The notes under the pieces: model-generated
Databases searched by the model: none
Told to the model about the DNA's origin: nothing
Seen by the model: the letters and a program-made list of their open reading frames with translations, nothing else
Shown here: positions 47,913 through 55,206 of the stretch, piece by piece
How the letters are laid out: each line of letters starts with the position of its first letter
Position numbering within the stretch: the first letter of the stretch is position 1
DNA from: Cyanobacteria bacterium UBA6984
Lineage (GTDB): Bacteria > Cyanobacteriota > Vampirovibrionia > Gastranaerophilales > Gastranaerophilaceae
Assembly: GCA_002450015.1 (NCBI GenBank)
Contig: DJYG01000037.1
Coordinates: 3,149-67,148 of the forward strand
Length of the DNA: 64,000 bases
Direction: 5' to 3'
Program-made: the position numbers and the translations under genes

Positions 47913-49220
47913 ATGACGAAAGTTGCACTAATCAATCACGGCTGTGCTAAAAATTTAGTTGATGCAGAACTTATGCTTGGTATTTTAGCAGAAAAAGGTT
48001 ACGAAATTACTCTTGATGAAGATGATGCAGAAGTTGTTGTTGTAAATACTTGTTCTTTTATTCATGATGCTGAAAAAGAATCCGTTGATACTATTTTAGA
48101 GCTGGTTAATAAGAATAAAAAAGTCGTAATTACCGGCTGTCTTCCTCAAAAACATAAAGAAGAATTGAAAGAGGCTATACCTGAGGTGGTTGCTATGCTA
48201 GGAACTACTGATTTTACTCAAATAGCAGAAATAGTAGATAATTTAATAAAAACAGATTTTCAATATATTTCTGATGTGTCTGAATTTCCGACATATTGTT
48301 ACCCTGAAACGGTTGAACGTCAACAAATAACTGTTGGTTCAAGTTCATATATAAAAATTGCTGATGGGTGTAATTATAATTGCGGGTATTGCATAATTCC
48401 TAAATTGAGAGGTAAATGTCATTCAAGGAAAATTGAAGATGTTGTGCAAGAGGCAAATAAACTTGCAAATAAAGGTGTAACAGAAATAGTTTTAATTGCT
48501 CAAGATACGACAAGTTATGGTGTAGATTTATACGGAAAACCTGCATTGGCTCAGCTTTTAGAAGAACTAAATAAAATAGAAAATATTTCTTGGATACGAA
48601 TAATGTATGCTTATCCTACAAATGTTAGTGATGAATTATTAGAAAAAATTGCAACATTAGACAAGGTTGTTAAATATATTGATTTGCCGTTGCAACATTC
48701 AAATTTGGATGTTTTAAAGTCTATGTGTCGTCCTGCTTTTGATTACAGAGAATTGATTAAACATATAAGAGATAAAGTTCCCAATATAGCTATAAGAACA
48801 GCATTTATTGTAGGTTATCCTGGAGAAACAGAAGAACAATTTGAAGATTTATATGATTTTGTAAAAGATGTTAAGTTTGATAAAATGGGTGTTTTTGAAT
48901 ATTCAAGAGAAAAAGGCACAATTTCATATTCAATGAAAAATCAAGTTCCTGCAAAGGTCAAAAAAGCACGATATAAAAAATTAATGGAACTTCAACAAAA
49001 AATATCAAATGAAATAAATCAAAAATATATTGGGAAAAGTTTATCCTGCATAATTGAAGGCTATACAGATGATGGATTTGTATTTGCAAGAAGTGAACAT
49101 GATGCTCCTGAAATAGATGGTATGGTATATATAAAAACTGATAAACAAGTTGTTCCCGGTGATATAGAATTAGTTAAAATAACATCAGCTTCCGAATATG
49201 ATTTATACGGAGAAGTGTAG
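47913..49220 (+). CDS. rimO: ribosomal protein S12 methylthiotransferase RimO
   Basis: KVALINHGCAKNLVDAELM, radical-SAM CNYNCGYC, C-terminal TRAM-like domain. Confidence 0.9.
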   Translation: MTKVALINHGCAKNLVDAELMLGILAEKGYEITLDEDDAEVVVVNTCSFIHDAEKESVDTILELVNKNKKVVITGCLPQKHKEELKEAIPEVVAMLGTTDFTQIAEIVDNLIKTDFQYISDVSEFPTYCYPETVERQQITVGSSSYIKIADGCNYNCGYCIIPKLRGKCHSRKIEDVVQEANKLANKGVTEIVLIAQDTTSYGVDLYGKPALAQLLEELNKIENISWIRIMYAYPTNVSDELLEKIATLDKVVKYIDLPLQHSNLDVLKSMCRPAFDYRELIKHIRDKVPNIAIRTAFIVGYPGETEEQFEDLYDFVKDVKFDKMGVFEYSREKGTISYSMKNQVPAKVKKARYKKLMELQQKISNEINQKYIGKSLSCIIEGYTDDGFVFARSEHDAPEIDGMVYIKTDKQVVPGDIELVKITSASEYDLYGEV

Positions 49221-49409
49221 TATAAAAACTTTAAATTAGTATGTTTTAGTTATAATGTAACAATTTTGTTACATTGTGTGATGGTTGATTTTAATGGGTT
49301 TAAACCTCTTATATAACATGGTTTTAGCATAACATGGCAATTATTTTTAATAAAAATACTTTAAATAGATACGAGAGATATATTTGTATTTTAAGAGGAT
49401 TTTTAATTA

Positions 49410-50387
49410 ATGACAGCAGATTTTGCATCTAATATGAGTATGATGTTTGCACTAAACAATTTTACAAACGGTGCATATAAATATCAATATCCGACAATAA
49501 ACGGTGTTTCAAATGCATATATGAATCCAGAGATAATGAGTTCTATCCCATCAATATTTCAGCAAGCTGTTGTTCTTGCTAATGCAGGAAACATGGGTAA
49601 TTATGCTAATTTAACAAATTCTGATGTATTGAATATGTCTTTATCTAAACCTCTATGGATGCAGGCAGTTTCAAATCAAACATATACTCCGCAAGTTGAT
49701 TTTACAAGATTATACACATACAATCCGTTTGCTGTAAATAATGGTTCTACAACTACAGTAGGAAGTTCGCAAGCAGGTAGCGTAACAAATCTGTTTAATC
49801 AGCCAACAGTAAAAAATCAAGAACTTGCAAATGAATTGAATAAATTTGGTATTTCTTCAACAGGTGATGAAGAAAAAGATAAAAAAGCTTTAGAAAAAGC
49901 AAAAGCCGGTGAAACAAAAGTAAAAAAAGAAGCAGCAAAAATAGCAGAAGACTTGTATGATGCAATGAAGGGTGCAGGTACAAAGAACGATAAACTTCAA
50001 GCTGCAATTAATAAAATTAACAAAAATAATGTAATAGAAGTAATGGAAGCTTGGAATTCAAACTTCGCAGATGCTATGGGTGGAGATACCTTGTTGGAAG
50101 CGGTTCAAGGTGAACATCATACAGGATGGTTCGGCAACACTCAAGAAAAACAGGAAAATGCAATATTAAAAGCTTTAACAGATAGGGCAGAAGATGAAAA
50201 ACGCGGGCTTGGTTTGGATACTGAAGCTGCATCTGCAAGAGCAAAAGTAAATTCTGAACATAGTGCAATGTTTACATCAGATGATACTGTAAAAACTTCA
50301 ATAGAAAATCTTGCAAAACAAATTAAAGATAAAGAAAATTCGATTATAGCCGAAAAATATCAAAAAGCAGCGCAAAATAACAAATAG
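49410..50387 (+). CDS. hypothetical protein P1: unique N/Q/S-rich N-terminus + annexin-like C-terminal module
   Basis: 325 aa with no signal peptide. C-terminal 139 aa are about 90% identical to P2. AEDLYDAMKGAGTKNDKLQAAINKI resembles an annexin repeat. Confidence 0.6.
   Translation: MTADFASNMSMMFALNNFTNGAYKYQYPTINGVSNAYMNPEIMSSIPSIFQQAVVLANAGNMGNYANLTNSDVLNMSLSKPLWMQAVSNQTYTPQVDFTRLYTYNPFAVNNGSTTTVGSSQAGSVTNLFNQPTVKNQELANELNKFGISSTGDEEKDKKALEKAKAGETKVKKEAAKIAEDLYDAMKGAGTKNDKLQAAINKINKNNVIEVMEAWNSNFADAMGGDTLLEAVQGEHHTGWFGNTQEKQENAILKALTDRAEDEKRGLGLDTEAASARAKVNSEHSAMFTSDDTVKTSIENLAKQIKDKENSIIAEKYQKAAQNNK
49920..50336 (+). repeat. 417-bp direct repeat copy A (3' part of P1)
   Basis: Roughly 85-90% nucleotide identity by eye to 51262..51678. 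Encodes a 139-aa module. Confidence 0.85.
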
Positions 50388-50418
50388 AAAATAGTAATAA
50401 TATTTATAAGGAGAAAAA

Positions 50419-51717
50419 ATGAGCGTTCAATTATCACAATTGGCTTCCAGTTTAGGGTTTAAAGGTAAATTGCCAAAAGGAGCAACAGATATTACGAAAA
50501 ATCCTGATGGATCGTACAAAATAACTGTTAACGGTCAAGACAAAAATTATAATGCAGATGGCAGTGTATTTAGCGCTCCTGCAAAAGACAATGCTTCTGC
50601 CGCAGAGAATAATAACAGATCTCAAAGTACTCCTGCTGCTGACAATAATAGCAAACCTCAAAACACACCGGTTGCCGATAATAGCAATAGTGGTAATGGT
50701 AACGGTAATGCAGATAATAACGGAAATTCAGGCAAAGCAGACAATAATTCTTCAATTTTTGGTAACCGTACATCAGTAACAGGAAGTTTTAATATAGATC
50801 CTGCAAAATTGGCTGCAACATCAATGAATTTGAATGGAATAGTAAATATTGGTGCTGAAGTACCATTTGGCTTAGGTGGTATGATGAGTCAAGGTGCAAT
50901 GCAGCAAAATATGCAAGATTTTATGAATTCTGTCAATTTTAATTTTGATTTTAAAAATTTAGATTTATCTTCACCACAATTTGCAATACCTGGTTTTTAT
51001 CCTTCAGGCACAACCCAAACACCAAGCGGAGGTACTTCGGTAACTGTTGATGGAGCTACAAAAACCGTTGCGGAACTGGCTAAAGATGGAGGTTATGAAG
51101 AAACTGCTACTGATGGAGTCTATAAAAAGGGTGATAAATATTATAAGTATGATGTAAATAAAAAAGAATTTGTAGAAGTTACAGCTGCTGAAGCTAAAAA
51201 AGCAAAAGAAGCTGATGAAGCAAAAGCAAATGAAGAAAAAGATTTAAAAGAAAAAGAAAAAGTTAAAAAAGAAGCAGCAAAAATAGCAGAAGATTTGTAC
51301 GATGCAATGAAAGGTGCAGGAACAAAGAACGATAAACTTCAAGCAGCAATTGATAAAATTAATAAAGATAATGTAATAGAAGTAATGGATGCTTGGGATT
51401 CAAACTTTGCCGATGCTATGGATGGTGAAAGTTTGCTGGAAGCAATACAAGGTGAGCATCATACAGGATGGTTTGGAAACACCCAAGAAAAACAAGAGAA
51501 TGCAATTTTAAAAGCATTAACAGACAGGGCTGAAGATGAAAAACGCGGACTTGGTTTAGATACCGAAGCAGCCGCTGCAAGAGCAAAAGTAAATTCCGAA
51601 CATAGCGCAATGTTTACATCAGATGATACTGTAAGAACTTCAATAGAAAATCTTGCAAAAAAAATTAGAGAAAAAGAAGGTGGAACAACTACGCCTTCAG
51701 CACCAACAACAACGTAA
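50419..51717 (+). CDS. hypothetical protein P2: PFGLGG/FNFDF module + KYYKYD module + annexin-like C-terminal module
   Basis: 432 aa with a strong GGAG Shine-Dalgarno. N-terminal two-thirds are homologous to P3 and the C-terminus to P1. Confidence 0.6.
   Translation: MSVQLSQLASSLGFKGKLPKGATDITKNPDGSYKITVNGQDKNYNADGSVFSAPAKDNASAAENNNRSQSTPAADNNSKPQNTPVADNSNSGNGNGNADNNGNSGKADNNSSIFGNRTSVTGSFNIDPAKLAATSMNLNGIVNIGAEVPFGLGGMMSQGAMQQNMQDFMNSVNFNFDFKNLDLSSPQFAIPGFYPSGTTQTPSGGTSVTVDGATKTVAELAKDGGYEETATDGVYKKGDKYYKYDVNKKEFVEVTAAEAKKAKEADEAKANEEKDLKEKEKVKKEAAKIAEDLYDAMKGAGTKNDKLQAAIDKINKDNVIEVMDAWDSNFADAMDGESLLEAIQGEHHTGWFGNTQEKQENAILKALTDRAEDEKRGLGLDTEAAAARAKVNSEHSAMFTSDDTVRTSIENLAKKIREKEGGTTTPSAPTTT
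51262..51678 (+). repeat. 417-bp direct repeat copy B (3' part of P2)
   Basis: See copy A. 13 of 139 residues differ, and many of the changes are N/G to D. Confidence 0.85.
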
Positions 51718-51739
51718 TACTATAATAAAATAATATATT

Positions 51740-51773
51740 AAAGTACGGTTTGTTTTTAAATAAACCGTACTTT
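51740..51773. terminator. bidirectional terminator between P2 and the small Cys gene
   Basis: AAAGTACGGTTT-(10-nt loop)-AAACCGTACTTT. Confidence 0.7.
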
Positions 51774-51785
51774 GTATTGCAAAAT

Positions 51786-52004
51786 TTAATGAGTTCTTCT
51801 TGTTGTCGTATTTTCGAATATATTACGGGCATTGCTCATTGCAAGTGTTTTTAATGAGCACATTCCATAGTTTCTGTCAACAACACCAAGACTGGCTAAT
51901 CTGTTTAATAATAATTCGTTTAAATCTTCAGGATTGATAAATAATGCACAAGTTTTGTCACATATATCATTTTTAAACGGACATTTTCTAGAATTTTCAT
52001 CCAT
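51786..52004 (-). CDS. small four-cysteine protein of unknown function (paralog-like of 18302..18484)
   Basis: Start taken at the internal ATG (MDENSRKCPF...), with GGAG about 10 nt upstream. Shared pattern CP..., C..xCA(L/W)(F/Y), CS(I/L)xxLAxxNA. Confidence 0.45.
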   Translation of the reverse strand: MDENSRKCPFKNDICDKTCALFINPEDLNELLLNRLASLGVVDRNYGMCSLKTLAMSNARNIFENTTTRRTH

Positions 52005-52219
52005 ATAAAGTACTCTCCAAATTCTCAAATTGATGTACAATGTAGCTACATCATAGTATAATTTAAAAATAAAGTACAAATGTAAACAATTGTTAAAACA
52101 TGAACTAAAACCCTGAAAATACATGCAATTTCAGGAGAGAAAATGTTTTTACATGAGTGTAGGCGTATAGGAAAAATACGTGTGAAGGAAATGTACTTAA
52201 ATGTACAACGGAGGTGCTT

Positions 52220-54274
52220 ATGTATCCAGAAGCAAAAATTAATGGCGGAGGCACAAGTTCAGCAGATTGGACAGCAGGTTTGCCGGATGCCCTAAAAAAT
52301 AAAAAGCCTGAAGGTGCAAATGGCTTTACAAAAGTTGGTGATATATATATATTTACCAAAAATGGCGTAGCCATTGATGATAAGACTGGTTACAAAGCTA
52401 ATGGTGAGGCAACTAACATTTTTGACCAAGCTGCAAAACCTGATGATGCGTCAAAGGCGAAAGGTTCAGATGGTGCTGCGGGTAATAAATCAGGCAATAA
52501 AGCCGGTAATGGAGCTGGAAACGGTTCTTTAAGTACATTTGGCTTTGGATTTACCGGTACAGGTACAGATTTAAGCAATTCATGGATGAACATGGGTGGC
52601 GGATTTGAAATTGATTCAAATAAAATGATGAAATCAGCAGGTTTGATGGGCTTTATATCTGCTTTAGGTGGTATGATACCATTCGGCTTGGGTGGTCTGT
52701 TATCTCAAGGTGCATTACAGGCATCTATGGCTAGTTTCATGAATGCTGTAAAATTTAATTTTGATTTTTCAAATTTGAATTTGTCAGGTGATAATACAAG
52801 AACTGATGATTCAGAAGGCGCAAGTGATTCTGGGGACGCCGGTAGCGTTGATACATCAAAAGTTCCTGATGGATACAAAAAAACGAATGTAGATGGTGTA
52901 TTTGAAAAAGACGGAAAATACTATAAATATGATGATAATAAAAAATTAGTTGAATGCAAACAAGACGGTACAGCATTATCAACATCTGCTGCTCCTGCTG
53001 ATGATTCAGAAGGTGCAGGTGCAGGTTCTGCTGCAGGTGGCTCAGGCTCAGGCTCAGGCTCAAGCTCAGGCTCAAGCTCAGGCTCTCGTGTTTCAGGTGG
53101 TTCAGGCTCATCTTCTGGTGCAGGTTCAACCGGTGCCGGTAGTGGTAAAAAAACTTCTGGCATGCAAGGATGGTACAACGCTGGAAAAGATAAGAATAAT
53201 AACATAAAAGGTTTGACAAAAGAAGCTTTAAGCGCTGCTGAAGCAAAAAAAGCGGGCAGTGCGGCAAATTTAGTTGTTGAAAAACTTGTAGCTTCAAAAA
53301 CAAACAATCAATGGACAGCTGAACAAAAAGAAAAGTTAAGAGCTGAAATAATAAAGAAAAACCCTAGCGTATTCAATAAAGATGGTTCGTTAAAGTCTAA
53401 CTTTGATGTTTCAAAATTGGATATTCCAACTTTTGATTGGATGGAAAAAAATATCGGTAAAGCAACAAAAATAAATAATAATAACAAGACTTCAGGTGCT
53501 GCTAAACAATCTCAATCAACCTCATTAAATCGTCCTGCTGCAGCAACGTCAGGTTACATAACTTCTCTTGCTGACTTAGGAACCAGAATGAAAGGCGGTA
53601 TAGATAAGTTTGCAGGTAAACAGTTTAGTAAAGATAACTTAGTGGCTTATTTAGATCAAAATGATCAAAAGACTGTTACTGATATTAAGAACAATGGTGA
53701 CACTATAAGTTTTAGTACTTTTGACCCTGCTAAAAAAGGTACTATGGGCGGTGGTAGAGGTGTTTCCTATACTGTTAAGTTTAATCAATCAGGGCAACCT
53801 GTTAGTATTAAATCAGGTGTTATACAATACGATATGACCTATGGTCAAAATGGTGTAAGAGCTACTGCTACAAAGCAAAATATTGGTACGTATGGAAACC
53901 ACAATACCGATTCTTGGACATATACTTCAAATGGTGCTATACGTTATCATAAAGTTACTAGTGGTAGAAATGGTTCAGGTGAAAAACTCTCAGGTGAAAC
54001 TTATAACGAGCCATATAAATCTGGTCAAGGTCAAACAAAAATAACATTACCTAGTTTTTCATCAGGAACTCAAGGTTACAATAATGGTAAAATAGTTCAA
54101 GGTGATGTAACGTGGTCTAAGAGTGGTAATAATATTGTTAAGACAAACAAGAAAACTGGTGTTACTGAAACCTATGATAAAAATGGTTATTTAATAAAGA
54201 AAGAAGATAGTAAATCAGGTTATACATATACTTATCGCAAGAATAATTATGATATAGCGTATGAAAAACCATAA
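52220..54274 (+). CDS. hypothetical protein P3: PFGLGG/FNFDF module + KYYKYD module + Gly/Ser linker + Y/T/G/N-rich (YD-like) C-terminal region
   Basis: ATG 52220 lies 6 nt after GGAGG (the track start is GTG 52214). Homology to P2 over the first ~250 aa, read by eye. Confidence 0.6.
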   Translation: MYPEAKINGGGTSSADWTAGLPDALKNKKPEGANGFTKVGDIYIFTKNGVAIDDKTGYKANGEATNIFDQAAKPDDASKAKGSDGAAGNKSGNKAGNGAGNGSLSTFGFGFTGTGTDLSNSWMNMGGGFEIDSNKMMKSAGLMGFISALGGMIPFGLGGLLSQGALQASMASFMNAVKFNFDFSNLNLSGDNTRTDDSEGASDSGDAGSVDTSKVPDGYKKTNVDGVFEKDGKYYKYDDNKKLVECKQDGTALSTSAAPADDSEGAGAGSAAGGSGSGSGSSSGSSSGSRVSGGSGSSSGAGSTGAGSGKKTSGMQGWYNAGKDKNNNIKGLTKEALSAAEAKKAGSAANLVVEKLVASKTNNQWTAEQKEKLRAEIIKKNPSVFNKDGSLKSNFDVSKLDIPTFDWMEKNIGKATKINNNNKTSGAAKQSQSTSLNRPAAATSGYITSLADLGTRMKGGIDKFAGKQFSKDNLVAYLDQNDQKTVTDIKNNGDTISFSTFDPAKKGTMGGGRGVSYTVKFNQSGQPVSIKSGVIQYDMTYGQNGVRATATKQNIGTYGNHNTDSWTYTSNGAIRYHKVTSGRNGSGEKLSGETYNEPYKSGQGQTKITLPSFSSGTQGYNNGKIVQGDVTWSKSGNNIVKTNKKTGVTETYDKNGYLIKKEDSKSGYTYTYRKNNYDIAYEKP
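53039..53086 (+). repeat. in-frame hexanucleotide simple-sequence repeat (GGCTCA/AGCTCA x8) encoding a Gly/Ser linker
   Basis: GGCTCA x4, AGCTCA, GGCTCA, AGCTCA, GGCTCT. Translates to GSGSGSGSSSGSSSGS inside P3. Confidence 0.9.
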
Positions 54275-54293
54275 AAATTTAATTAAACGTATA

Positions 54294-54334
54294 AAAACCT
54301 AAACTGACAAATATATTGAAGTTTAGGTTTTTTA
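54294..54334 (+). terminator. rho-independent terminator after P3
   Basis: AAAACCTAAAC-(16-nt loop)-GTTTAGGTTTT followed by a T-run. Confidence 0.65.
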
Positions 54335-54528
54335 TTATTATTTTATATAGAATTTTAAATATTTACAGTGCATTGAAAATGTGAGCTAGTTATATTTGGA
54401 AATGAAAATTTATGTCTTCTGTCAAATCCTTATCCTCTTGCTTATAAATATTCTTAGTAACTTAAATCTACGCTGCAAATGAAAGAAATCTGTGCTTAGT
54501 CAAATATGTGGTTTATTAGGACAAAGGA

Positions 54529-54557
54529 TTGACAAAGTGTGTCGTATGCGATACAAT
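54529..54557 (+). promoter_or_regulatory. near-consensus sigma-70-type promoter of higBA, positioned for a leaderless start
   Basis: TTGACA (54529..54534), 17-nt spacer, TACAAT (54552..54557). The GTG at 54564 lies 7 nt after the -10. Confidence 0.6.
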
Positions 54558-54563
54558 ATAAAT

Positions 54564-54896
54564 GTGGCTAAATATCAAATTAGTATATATGTTACTGAAA
54601 ATAACAAAGAACCGTTTAATATATGGTTTAATTCACTGGACAAATTTTTTCAAAAAAGAGTTTTGTCAAGACTAATTCGGATACAAAATGGTAATTTGGG
54701 AGATTATAAGCAATTAGATATTGATTTGTATGAATTGCGTTTAGATTTTGGTGGTGGATATAGAATTTATTACACTCTAAATAATAATGAATTGATTATT
54801 TTATTGACAGGAGGTGATAAATCATCACAAAATAAAGATATTCAAAAAGCTAAAGAGTATTTAGCAGTTTACAAAAATGGAGGCAAAGATGATTAA
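54564..54896 (+). CDS. higB: type II toxin, RelE/ParE superfamily (HigB-type addiction module killer)
   Basis: GDYKQLDIDLYELRLDFGGGYRIYYTLNNNELIILLTGGDKSSQNKDIQKAKEY. GTG 54564 was chosen because a consensus promoter occupies 54529..54557. Confidence 0.8.
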   Translation: MAKYQISIYVTENNKEPFNIWFNSLDKFFQKRVLSRLIRIQNGNLGDYKQLDIDLYELRLDFGGGYRIYYTLNNNELIILLTGGDKSSQNKDIQKAKEYLAVYKNGGKDD

Positions 54897-55185
54897 AAAT
54901 CTAGATATTGATAATTTTATAGAAAAAAATTTAAAAACAGAAGAAGATATTAAAGAATGGCTTACAATTACTCTTGATGATTATATTCAAGACAGTGATT
55001 TTGAATCTTTTTTTAAAGCTCTTGAATATGCTGTAAAAGCTAAAACTACTATTTCAAAAATTTCTAATAGTACAAAAATCTCTAGAAGCAACTTATATAA
55101 AATGTTTAAATCAGAACAGTCACCACAGTTTGAAACAGTTATGAAAGTGCTTAAAGAACTTGGATATACGCTAAAAGTTGCATAA
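54889..55185 (+). CDS. higA: HTH antitoxin (HigA-type addiction module antidote)
   Basis: KISNSTKISRSNLYKMFKSEQSPQFETVMKVLKELGYTLKV. ATGATTAA overlap with the toxin stop and GGAGG upstream. Confidence 0.8.
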   Translation: MIKNLDIDNFIEKNLKTEEDIKEWLTITLDDYIQDSDFESFFKALEYAVKAKTTISKISNSTKISRSNLYKMFKSEQSPQFETVMKVLKELGYTLKVA

Positions 55186-55206
55186 TTATATTTGAATATT
55201 TGAAAA

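Noticed and set aside
53039-53086. Possible CRISPR-like or other regularly spaced repeat array
   Set aside because: The units are contiguous 6-mers with no spacers and lie in frame inside a CDS. No cas genes are present, and no 25-40 bp repeats with spacers occur anywhere in the window.
52755-53307. Long minus-strand ORFs (182 aa and 128 aa) and a plus-strand alternative-frame ORF (52950..53207) across the Gly/Ser-rich part of P3
   Set aside because: They are low-complexity translations (LSLSLSLS, EPEPEPEP, AQAQAQ) produced by reading the hexanucleotide repeat in other frames. They have no start context and are fully embedded in a better-supported gene.
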